Of a DNA stretch of 64,000 nucleotides, positions 56,637-64,000 are shown piece after piece. Made by a program: the position numbers and the translations under genes. Within the stretch, counting starts at the first letter, position 1. Each line of letters opens with the position of its first letter. Source of the stretch: Clostridiales bacterium (GTDB lineage Bacteria; Bacillota; Clostridia; Christensenellales; CAG-138); assembly GCA_009779405.1 (NCBI GenBank), contig WREI01000002.1, forward strand, positions 3,611 through 67,610. The letters are read 5' to 3'. Below the pieces are notes generated by a model. It ran no database searches, was not told the origin of the DNA, and saw nothing but the letters and a program-made list of their open reading frames with translations.

Positions 56637-58424
56637 CTATTCCTTGACCACGGCGATATGCAGTTCTTTGAGCTGCTTTGCATCCACCTTGTCGGGCGCG
56701 TTGGTCAGGGGGCATGACGCGTTCTGCACTTTGGGGAAGGCAATCACGTCGCGTATGCTGCCCGCGCCGCAGATAAGCATGGCGATGCGGTCCAGCCCAT
56801 AGGCCAGCCCGCCGTGGGGCGGGGTGCCATAGCGGAAGGCATCCAAGAGGAAGCCGAAGCGAAGCTGCGCCTCCTCCTGCGTAAAGCCCAGCAGGCGGAA
56901 CATGGTCTCCTGCAGGGGGCGGGAGTGGATACGGATGGAACCGCCGCCCAGCTCGACGCCGTTCAGGATGATATCATAGGCCTTGGCGCGCACCCGGCCC
57001 GGGTCGCTCTCCAAGAAGGGCAAGTCCTCGTCCATGGGGCTGGTGAAGGGGTGGTGCTTGGCCACAAAGCGGTTCGCTTCGTCATTCCATTCCAAGAGCG
57101 GGAACTCCGTCACCCAGAGCAGGTTGTAGCTATTCTCGGGGATCAACTTTAACTTTTCCGCCAATTTCAGGCGCAGAGCCCCCAAGGCTGCCCAGACAAC
57201 CTCGTTGCAGTCGGCGACGATAAAGAGGAGGTCTCCAGTCTCGGCGTTGGCTATGCGTTTGATTTCCTCGATCTCCATCTCGGATAGAAATTTGGCGATG
57301 GGGGATTGCAGACCCTCCGCCTTGAAATTCATCCAGGCCAAGCCCTTGGCGTGATAGGTCTTGGCCACCTCGCCCAATGCGTCAATCTCCTTGCGGGAGA
57401 AGGCGGCGGAATAGCCCTTGGCGTTGATGCAGCGCACGCTGCCGCCCGCGGCCAGCGCGCCCGCGAATACAGAGAAGGCGCTGTCCTTAACTGCTTCCGA
57501 AATATCGCAGAGCGTAAGGCCGAAGCGCGTGTCGGGCTTGTCGGAACCGTAGCTGTCCATCGCGTCCTGCCAGGTGATACGCGGCAGGGGGCGTTTTACC
57601 TCATAATTCAACGTTTCGGCGAAGAGCTCTTTCAAGAAACCCTCGTTGACGGCGATCACATCGTCGACATCGACAAAGGACAGCTCCAAGTCGATCTGGG
57701 TGAAATCCGGCTGGCGGTCGGCGCGCAGGTCCTCGTCGCGGAAGCAGCGCGCCAGTTGGATATAACGGTCATAGCCCGAGACCATCAGCAACTGTTTGAA
57801 CAATTGCGGGCTCTGGGGCAGGGCGAAGAACTCGCCCGGGTGTACGCGGCTGGGTACCAAGTAGTCCCGCGCGCCCTCCGGCGTGCTCTTGGTGAGCATG
57901 GGGGTCTCTATCTCCAAAAAGCCCTGCTCGGCAAAGTAGCGGCGCGTGCAGAAGGCGATCTTATGGCGCATCAGCAGGTTGCGCTGCATAGCGGGGCGGC
58001 GCAGATCCAGATAGCGGTATTTCAGACGCAGGAGCTCGCCCGCGTTGCAGTTGTCGTCGACCTCGATGGGCGGCGTCTCGCTTCGGCTCAAAATCTTGAA
58101 CGAAGAGACCCGCACCTCGACCTCGCCCGTCGCCATGTTCGGGTTGACCATACCCGGCGTACGCAAAATGAGCGTGCCGCGCACGGCAAGTACGAATTCG
58201 GCGCGTATCCCGCCCGCCAAAGCGAAGTCCGTCTCGGGCATATCGGCGGAATCGAAAACGATCTGCATCAGCCCCGTGCGATCCCGCAGCTGTACAAAGA
58301 TGAGCGCGCCCAAGTCGCGGTGCGCATTGGTCCAGCCCATAAGCGTAACCTCGCGGCCTGCGTCCGCCGCGGTCAGTTCGGCGCAGTAAGAACTGCGTTT
58401 CCAGCCCCCCAATAGATCTTGCAT
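56637..58424 (-). CDS. aspS: Aspartyl-tRNA synthetase, bacterial type (long form with insertion domain)
   Basis: 595 aa; QSPQLFKQLLMVSGYDRYIQLARCFRDEDLRADRQPDFTQIDLE; GTPPHGGLAYGLDRIAMLICG; SD GGAGG upstream. Confidence 0.93.
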   Translation of the reverse strand: MQDLLGGWKRSSYCAELTAADAGREVTLMGWTNAHRDLGALIFVQLRDRTGLMQIVFDSADMPETDFALAGGIRAEFVLAVRGTLILRTPGMVNPNMATGEVEVRVSSFKILSRSETPPIEVDDNCNAGELLRLKYRYLDLRRPAMQRNLLMRHKIAFCTRRYFAEQGFLEIETPMLTKSTPEGARDYLVPSRVHPGEFFALPQSPQLFKQLLMVSGYDRYIQLARCFRDEDLRADRQPDFTQIDLELSFVDVDDVIAVNEGFLKELFAETLNYEVKRPLPRITWQDAMDSYGSDKPDTRFGLTLCDISEAVKDSAFSVFAGALAAGGSVRCINAKGYSAAFSRKEIDALGEVAKTYHAKGLAWMNFKAEGLQSPIAKFLSEMEIEEIKRIANAETGDLLFIVADCNEVVWAALGALRLKLAEKLKLIPENSYNLLWVTEFPLLEWNDEANRFVAKHHPFTSPMDEDLPFLESDPGRVRAKAYDIILNGVELGGGSIRIHSRPLQETMFRLLGFTQEEAQLRFGFLLDAFRYGTPPHGGLAYGLDRIAMLICGAGSIRDVIAFPKVQNASCPLTNAPDKVDAKQLKELHIAVVKE

Positions 58425-58442
58425 GTGTAACCTCCGGTTTAT

Positions 58443-59105
58443 TTATACAACAAACAGTTGTTTTACGCCGCCCGCCAGCCTGTGTATCATATCCTGCATT
58501 TCGCGGGTGACGGGTGTGTCGGTTTCGATGGTCATATAGGCGTCCTCGCCGCGCCCATGGCGGAAGACCTTCATAAAAGCGATGTTGACATCCATGACCG
58601 CCAATATGTTGCTGACCTCGGCGATGACGCCCGGCTGATCCGTATGGCGGATGATGAGGGTGGGGTATTCGCCCGTCAGCTCCACGCTCAGACCGTTGAT
58701 TTCGGTGATCAATATAGCCGCGCCACCCACGCTCTGCCCCACCACCTCGGTTTCCGTGCCGCTTGCGGATGTGACGCGTATGCGCGCGGTGTTCGGGTGG
58801 GGCATGGGCTCATCGGAATACTCGAACTGCACATACATATCCGCCTGCGCGGCCAACGCCGCCGCGTCCTTGATGCGCGGATCGTCGGCCAATAAGCCCA
58901 GCAACCCTGCGATCAACGCTTTATCCGTCCCGTGGCCCGGCCCCGTCTCGGCAAAGGAGCCATACAGCGTGATATACGCATCCGTCACGGAACCGCCCGC
59001 GATATGCCGCGCCGTATGCGCAAGCCGCACAGCCCCCGCTGTATGGGAGCTGGATGGCCCCGTCATGCGCGGGCCTATGATGTCGAAAACGGAGAAGGTT
59101 TCCAC
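58443..59105 (-). CDS. sdaAB: L-serine dehydratase, iron-sulfur type, beta subunit
   Basis: FSVFDIIGPRMTGPSSSHTAGAVRLA and YGSFAETGPGHGTDKALIAGLL are colinear with B. subtilis SdaAB, including the ACT-like C-terminus. GTG start. Confidence 0.9.
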   Translation of the reverse strand: METFSVFDIIGPRMTGPSSSHTAGAVRLAHTARHIAGGSVTDAYITLYGSFAETGPGHGTDKALIAGLLGLLADDPRIKDAAALAAQADMYVQFEYSDEPMPHPNTARIRVTSASGTETEVVGQSVGGAAILITEINGLSVELTGEYPTLIIRHTDQPGVIAEVSNILAVMDVNIAFMKVFRHGRGEDAYMTIETDTPVTREMQDMIHRLAGGVKQLFVV

Positions 59106-59321
59106 GTATTTATATCAATCCCAACAAACTTTCCTTTTGTTTCCCTGCATTGCAGTAGGCAGACTTGATTTATGGGGATTCCTAACCACCCAACCAAACT
59201 GCGTTTGGTCGGGACCCGGCTCCCCATAAATCATAAAAGAAACGGGAGTGCCGCCCAACGGGAGACGCAGTTCGTTTCTACATTGTGAACTGCTTTTGCG
59301 CCCCGCGCAAAAGTAAATCGA

Positions 59322-59591
59322 AGTGCCGTACACCCGTCCTTCGACGGCGGCGTACAAGCGGTATGCGCAGCGGTGGCTCCGGACAAACGTTCCCGCGGCA
59401 CACATGAAAATCCGCTTAGTGCTGCTTCCGTCAGGACCTGACACGGTTCACGGCATCATGTTGCACGGGGCTCGCCCATCAACGCTCCGTCTGCGCGCCT
59501 GCCTTATACGCAGACGTCTCGGGACGGGGATTACACCTTGCTATGGCGGATTGCAAGTTCAGGGCACCGCCAGCTCCCCGCTTAGTACGGC
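59322..59591 (-). ncRNA. ffs: Signal recognition particle RNA, long (Bacillus/Clostridia-type, ~270 nt)
   Basis: The minus strand contains the domain IV core GUGUCAGGUCCUGACGGAAGCAGCACUAAGC. 5' GCCGUAC pairs with 3' GUACGGC. A strong promoter sits 7 nt upstream. Ends are approximate. Confidence 0.8.
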
Positions 59592-59597
59592 ATTGTT

Positions 59598-59647
59598 ATT
59601 ATATCACGAAATAGAAAACTTGCAAAGCCATGTTTCTGTGATATAAT
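59598..59647. promoter_or_regulatory. Back-to-back divergent promoters sharing one palindromic -35 hexamer
   Basis: TTGCAA (59620-59625) is its own reverse complement. On each strand it is followed by a 16-nt spacer ending in TGA and then TATAAT (plus 59642-59647; minus 59603-59598). Confidence 0.7.
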
Positions 59648-59653
59648 CGGTTT

Positions 59654-60496
59654 ATGAAACGACGTTTTTTGATTTTGTTCGCCATAGGCGCCGCACTCCT
59701 CCTCTTTGCGGGCTGCGGGGTGGCGGAGGTTCCCGAAGCAACGGATACGCCCGAGCCGACGGGCACGCCCTTTGCGGTGGAAATTGCGCAAGTGACGCTC
59801 CCTCCGACCGCTACGCCTGCGCCGACCGATACGCCCGAGCCGACGCCAAGCCCGACGCCCACGCCGAAGCCCTTGGAGGGGAAGATTATTGGCATTGATC
59901 CGGGGCATCAGAGGAAGGGCAACCATGATACCGAGCCGCAAAGTCCCGATTCTCCCATTATGAAGGCCAAATGCAGCAGCGGAACGCGGGCGCTGGGCGG
60001 CGCGCATGAATATGAAGTCAATTTGGAAGTGGCACTGCGCCTGCGGGCGCTTTTGGAGGAATTGGGCGCGACGGTTATTATGACCCGAGAGAGCCACGCT
60101 GTGGATATTTCCAATATAGAACGCGCGCTGATATTCAATGCGGCGGGGACAGATTACGCGCTCAGATTGCACTGCAACGGCGTAGACAATACGAGCAGGG
60201 CAGGCGCCTTTATGCTGGTGCCGCAGACAAACCCGTTTCTGGAGGATTGTCAGCGGGCGGCGCGACTGCTGATTGACGCTTTTTGTGCAAAAACGGGCGC
60301 AAATAATCTCGGCATAGTCGCGCGCGATGACCAAACGGGCTTCAACTGGTGCGAACGCATGATTATCAATATTGAGATGGGGCATATGACCAATCCCGAA
60401 GAAGGCAAGCTGCTCTCAGACCTCGCCTATTGGGATTTGATGGCGGTGGGGCTTTGCGAGGGGATCTTGGCGTATTTTGAAGGAGCGGGATTGTAA
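59654..60496 (+). CDS. N-acetylmuramoyl-L-alanine amidase (Amidase_3) lipoprotein
   Basis: Signal/lipobox MKRRFLILFAIGAALLLFAGC; Pro/Thr linker; IGIDPGHQ .. HEYEVNLEVALRLRALLEELGATVIMTRE. Confidence 0.88.
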   Translation: MKRRFLILFAIGAALLLFAGCGVAEVPEATDTPEPTGTPFAVEIAQVTLPPTATPAPTDTPEPTPSPTPTPKPLEGKIIGIDPGHQRKGNHDTEPQSPDSPIMKAKCSSGTRALGGAHEYEVNLEVALRLRALLEELGATVIMTRESHAVDISNIERALIFNAAGTDYALRLHCNGVDNTSRAGAFMLVPQTNPFLEDCQRAARLLIDAFCAKTGANNLGIVARDDQTGFNWCERMIINIEMGHMTNPEEGKLLSDLAYWDLMAVGLCEGILAYFEGAGL

Positions 60497-60515
60497 GTAA
60501 TAGGTAATAATGCAG

Positions 60516-60557
60516 AATGCAGAGAGCTTGGGTTCGGCTCTCTGCATTTTCTTTTTG
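60516..60557 (+). terminator. Intrinsic terminator of the amidase gene
   Basis: AATGCAGAGAGC-TTGGGTTCG-GCTCTCTGCATT (12-bp stem) followed by TTCTTTTT. Confidence 0.85.
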
Positions 60558-60689
60558 TTCCATGGGGTTTATGTATTGTGGGGGGAGGGCGCGATTTTGG
60601 CGGCTCCCGCAGGAGACGCGGCGCCCCTACGGTTGCGTTTACGGATCCTCGGGGTGTTCTGGGTGGGACGGGCGCGGCATGTTTCGCCC

Positions 60690-61808
60690 CTACACCAAAT
60701 TCTCCGGGTTCAGGTCGAACAGCTCGGGAAGGACGAAGCGGCCGTCTTTGCGAATGAGGATGCCGTCAAAATAGATCTCGCCGCCGCCATATTCGGGGGT
60801 TTGGATGAGCACGAGATCCCAATGCTTGGCGGAGCGGTTGCCGTTGTCCGCTTCGTCATAGGCGCGACCGGGCGTGAAGTGGATGCTGCCTGCGATTTTT
60901 TCATCGAAGAGGGTGTCCTTCATCGGCACATTGATATAGGGGTTGACGCCGATGGCGAACTCACCCACATAGCGCGCGCCCTCGTCGATGTCGAGCATCT
61001 CGTTGATGCGCGCCGTGTCGTTGGCAGTCGCGTGGATAATCTTGCCATCTTTGAATTCAAAGCGTATATCCTCATAAGTGAAGCCGCTTTCCAAGGAGGG
61101 TGTGTTGTAGTGGATGACGCCGTTTACGCTGTCGCGCACGGGCGCGGTGTAAATTTCGCCGTCGGGGATATTCTTCTGACCCGCGCATTTCTCGCTGGGT
61201 ATGCCCTTGATGGAGAAACTCAGATCGGTGTCCGCAGGCCCGACGATACGCACGCGGTCGGTGTTCGCGAGGAGTGCGGCCATCGCGTCCATGGCGCGAT
61301 CCATTTTGGAGTAATCTAAGTTGCAGACCTTGAAGTAGAAGTCCTCGAAGGCCTCTGTACTCTGTCCCGCCTGCTGCGCCATGCCGGGCGAAGGATAGCG
61401 CAATACGCACCAGCGGGTCTTCTTGACGCGGATATCCCCGTGCACCGGGTTCCAATAGTGGGTCATGTAGTCGTTCATGCGGTCGCTGGGCACGTCACTC
61501 GTCTCGCTGGAATTGGCGCCGCCGCGCACGCCGATATAGGCCTGCATCTGACCCATCAGCGCGGCATCGACCCCAGCACGGATTTGCAGCTGCTCGGGCG
61601 TGCAATGCATCCACAGCTCGCGGTCCATGGCCTTATCCCCTATCCATAAGAAGGGCTTGCCGCCGACGCGATAGACTTCCTTGATGATGGCGCGGGTGAG
61701 GTCGTCACAACCGCCTATGTTTTCGATGAGGATATTCTCGCCCGGTTGCAGAGCGACGGAAAAGTTGACGAGCCCGCAGGCGAGCTCTATGATGCGCGGA
61801 TCGAACAT
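60690..61808 (-). CDS. Aminopeptidase, M29 (AmpS/PepS) family
   Basis: MFDPRIIELACGLVNFSVALQPGENILIE.. and HFTPGRAY..NRSAKHWDLV are typical of M29. Confidence 0.85.
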   Translation of the reverse strand: MFDPRIIELACGLVNFSVALQPGENILIENIGGCDDLTRAIIKEVYRVGGKPFLWIGDKAMDRELWMHCTPEQLQIRAGVDAALMGQMQAYIGVRGGANSSETSDVPSDRMNDYMTHYWNPVHGDIRVKKTRWCVLRYPSPGMAQQAGQSTEAFEDFYFKVCNLDYSKMDRAMDAMAALLANTDRVRIVGPADTDLSFSIKGIPSEKCAGQKNIPDGEIYTAPVRDSVNGVIHYNTPSLESGFTYEDIRFEFKDGKIIHATANDTARINEMLDIDEGARYVGEFAIGVNPYINVPMKDTLFDEKIAGSIHFTPGRAYDEADNGNRSAKHWDLVLIQTPEYGGGEIYFDGILIRKDGRFVLPELFDLNPENLV

Positions 61809-61923
61809 GTGATTTGCTCCTTTTATTTGGTATGATGCTGTATTATAACAGATTGCGCGGGAAATGGGGGAATAAAATGCGATTTTCGCGAAATCTTAAT
61901 TTGCCGCGAAAGAAGAAATTGGT

Positions 61924-61952
61924 TTGTCTTTTGCGCAGGATCGTGCTACAAT
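61924..61952 (+). promoter_or_regulatory. Candidate promoter of the Cys-rich lipoprotein gene
   Basis: TTGTCT, 17-nt spacer ending in TGC, TACAAT. Confidence 0.5.
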
Positions 61953-61980
61953 ATTCGAACATCCATCAGGAGGAATCGAA

Positions 61981-62742
61981 ATGAAAAAGTTTTTAGCGCT
62001 CGCGCTGGTGCTGATGCTGGCGTTCTCACTCGCCGCCTGTACGGGTGATGGCGGCGATAGCCCCGGCGAAACAAGCACGCCAAACGGCGAAGACCCCTGC
62101 GCTTGCTGCCCGGATTGCAACCAGGAGGACTGCGTCTGCGCGGAATGCGGCGGCAGCGAAGCTTGTAAATGCGCCGCGCCCGACAGCGAAGCCAACTGGA
62201 CGATAACGTTCGAGAATGCCATGGCGTCCTCGCCAAACAAAAACTTACCGGACTATTTCATTGAGAACTATACACTCAATTTTACAGCCACAAAACAGGG
62301 CGGCTACACGATGCTCGGGGCGTATACGGGCACAGGCTATCTGACAAATGAAATGGACCCCTCCGGCGCGTATGAAGTAAGCGGAGGCCGCCTGCTATAC
62401 GATGAAATGGGCTGGGAAGGTCCGCTTGCAGATACCTCTTTTGAACTTTACAAACCCGAAGACATCGCGGCGCCGGCGGATGATCTCGGTGACCTAACGC
62501 TGTTGGCAGTCCCGTTCGGCGCATCAGCGAAAGAGCCGATGTCATGGAGTGTCACCGGAAGACACTATGTAGTGAGCACAGACGGCAGCGGCGTGAAGGA
62601 TATGGAGGCAATCTATGAACCCACCTATCGCATCGTGGTATATTCGGACGGCACGGCGGAACTCTACCTGTACGATACGACTGCGTCGAGCGTTCTCTGC
62701 TTCCGGGGTACTATAAGCAAAAAACCAATCGGAAGCAGTTAA
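61981..62742 (+). CDS. Lipoprotein with an N-terminal Cys-rich segment, unknown function
   Basis: ATG at 61981 after AGGAGG; MKKFLALALVLMLAFSLAAC lipobox; CACCPDCNQEDCVCAECGGSEACKC. Confidence 0.75.
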   Translation: MKKFLALALVLMLAFSLAACTGDGGDSPGETSTPNGEDPCACCPDCNQEDCVCAECGGSEACKCAAPDSEANWTITFENAMASSPNKNLPDYFIENYTLNFTATKQGGYTMLGAYTGTGYLTNEMDPSGAYEVSGGRLLYDEMGWEGPLADTSFELYKPEDIAAPADDLGDLTLLAVPFGASAKEPMSWSVTGRHYVVSTDGSGVKDMEAIYEPTYRIVVYSDGTAELYLYDTTASSVLCFRGTISKKPIGSS

Positions 62743-62769
62743 AACAGTTTTGACTGGTGAAAAAATAGC

Positions 62770-62798
62770 TTGCAATCGCGGGATATAAGTGCTATACT
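62770..62798 (+). promoter_or_regulatory. rpsT promoter
   Basis: TTGCAA (62770-62775), 17-nt spacer ending in TGC, TATACT (62793-62798). Confidence 0.6.
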
Positions 62799-62842
62799 GC
62801 TATTTGTTCAAATATGCAATAAAATTTTTGGGGGTATATCCT

Positions 62843-63106
62843 TTGGCAAACATCAAATCCGCTATCAAGCGCGCGCAACTGACCGACGAGCAGAACCTGC
62901 GCAACCGTATGGATCGTTCCGAACTGAAAACCGCGATACGCCGCTTAGACGAAGCGCTGCGCGGGGACGATAAAGACGCCGTGCAGGCCACATATCTGCA
63001 TGCCGTGAAGACCGTGGATCAGGCCGCCGCAAAAGGCGTCATCCACAAGAACAATGCCGCGCGCAAAAAGGCGCAGCTGGCAAAGAAGCTGAACGCCGGG
63101 GCGTAA
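62843..63106 (+). CDS. rpsT: 30S ribosomal protein S20
   Basis: TTG start giving (M)ANIKSAIKRAQLTDEQNLRNR..; the C-terminus KNNAARKKAQLAKKLNA is typical of S20. Confidence 0.9.
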   Translation: MANIKSAIKRAQLTDEQNLRNRMDRSELKTAIRRLDEALRGDDKDAVQATYLHAVKTVDQAAAKGVIHKNNAARKKAQLAKKLNAGA

Positions 63107-63132
63107 TTGCACCGCAGTTTGTGATTTTGAGA

Positions 63133-63158
63133 GCCCGCGCTATTGGTGCGGGTTTTTC
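63133..63158 (+). terminator. rpsT terminator
   Basis: CCCGC-GCTATTGGT-GCGGG followed by TTTTT. Confidence 0.6.
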
Positions 63159-63247
63159 GTTGGTGTGGGGTGCATTTGTAGGGATGAGGCATGCCTCGCC
63201 CGCGCGAGTGTGGAGTTGCGGTAAGAATTTATAAGGAGGTAAGCATC

Positions 63248-64000
63248 ATGCAAAAAAGAAGATTAATCGTTTTGCTCGTATTTTTCGGAATTGGGTTTGT
63301 CCTCGCGATGGCCTGTGCCGATTCGGTACCGTGTGCTGTCACAACACCGCTTCCAACTGTTTCCATGCAACCCATACAGAGCGCAGAAACAGAAACGCCC
63401 AAACCTACACCCGAAGTTGAAATAACACCGGTTCCCATGCTGTGCGTAAATATAGAGAATGACGAGGAACTTACCGCATGGCTGGAATCGGATGAATCAA
63501 AGTATCCCGGTGCTATACAGCTTGTTTTGGGGGCGAATGTTTTGGATTGGGAAAGCATTGACATCCGCTTGTTTCCGAACTTAGAGTTATGGCTACCTGA
63601 GGGGTTGACTGAATTTGGTGGTCTTGGGAACACCATCGATTATTTGGCAGTCGGATTGCCTTCTACGGTGAAATCCATTGAACAAGGAGCGTTTTTCGAT
63701 TGTTCGGCAGTCTTGCTTCACCCGGACAATAAATGGTTCGTTAAGAAAGACGGTGTGCTGTATGATGCAGAAATGCGAACGGTGTATCATTGTGACGTGG
63801 ACGTTGAGCAGGTAACCTTACCCGATTCTGTGCGGGAGATAGGATATTCTGCATTTAGGGGATGCTCTGAGTTGCGTGAGATTATCCTCTCACCTAATTT
63901 GGAGTATGTACGTGATTTAGCCTTTGAGTTTTGCAGTTCATTGGAAGAACTGAATTTTCCTGTCAGCTTGAAAAGAGTGGGCTATTGCGCTTTTATAGAC
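63248..64000 (+). CDS. BspA-type leucine-rich-repeat lipoprotein, 3' end beyond the window (not in ORF track)
   Basis: AAGGAGG then ATG at 63248, with 251 codons open to the window end. Has MQKRRLIVLLVFFGIGFVLAMAC and LPDSVREIGYSAFRGCSELREIILSPNLEYVRDLAFEFCSSLEELNFP. Confidence 0.8.
   Translation, partial: MQKRRLIVLLVFFGIGFVLAMACADSVPCAVTTPLPTVSMQPIQSAETETPKPTPEVEITPVPMLCVNIENDEELTAWLESDESKYPGAIQLVLGANVLDWESIDIRLFPNLELWLPEGLTEFGGLGNTIDYLAVGLPSTVKSIEQGAFFDCSAVLLHPDNKWFVKKDGVLYDAEMRTVYHCDVDVEQVTLPDSVREIGYSAFRGCSELREIILSPNLEYVRDLAFEFCSSLEELNFPVSLKRVGYCAFID

Noticed and set aside
59106-59321. T-box riboswitch controlling the sdaAB-aspS-aspS operon
   Set aside because: Only a GGGUGGU fragment resembles the T-box core. 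I see no UGGN-containing antiterminator/terminator pair with a U-tract, and no Stem I specifier loop or K-turn motifs. The UGGU would also imply an A73 discriminator, which is not expected for tRNA-Asp.

Overview
The window has two parts.

**Prophage (1 to ~29,990).** This is the right-hand ~30 kb of an integrated siphovirus-like prophage, with all genes on the + strand.
- Replication: DUF2815, a free-standing HNH endonuclease, family-A DNA polymerase, primase-helicase, VRR-NUC, SNF2 helicase and a sigma-like late regulator.
- Packaging: TerS, TerL, portal and a Mu-F-like protein.
- Head: scaffold, capsid and connectors.
- Tail: tube, chaperones, a 1120-aa tape measure, Dit, a Tal-like protein, and fibre/receptor-binding proteins.
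- Lysis: endolysin followed by three small membrane proteins.

The prophage ends ~210 bp from the 3' end of a tRNA-Pro(GGG) gene (29995-30071, minus), which is the likely integration target. The other att copy and the integrase lie outside the window.

**Host chromosome (30.1-64 kb).** The host looks like a GC-rich, spore-forming Firmicute, since sigG is present. In order, it carries:
- an M50 protease, scpA and scpB;
- a low-GC three-gene islet, then sigG;
- an L-arabinose operon (FGGY kinase, araA, araD, mutarotase);
- a LacI / GH51 arabinofuranosidase operon that ends in a gene broken by an in-frame TAA;
- a sugar ABC transporter, YesL, a PfkB kinase and a GH65 enzyme;
- a repeat-rich lipoprotein, a small RHH protein and a DD-carboxypeptidase;
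- sdaAB followed by two different aspartyl-tRNA synthetases in tandem;
- a long-form SRP RNA, which is not in the ORF track;
- an amidase, an M29 aminopeptidase, a Cys-rich lipoprotein, rpsT and a 3'-truncated LRR lipoprotein, also not in the track.

**No novel multi-gene system found.** I could not identify a clear multi-gene defence or novel system. The most unusual things I can actually see are:
- back-to-back promoters for SRP RNA and the amidase that share one palindromic -35 hexamer, with two candidate leaderless mRNAs;
- a CBM5/12-like carbohydrate-binding insert in a phage head-tail connector protein;
- an iteron-like GTAACC array next to the primase gene;
- the sdaAB / bacterial AspRS / archaeal-type AspRS operon;
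- an HExxH gene interrupted by an in-frame stop;
- a nucleotidyltransferase-like moron gene ahead of the lysis cassette.

All family names come from motif recognition by eye. No searches were run.
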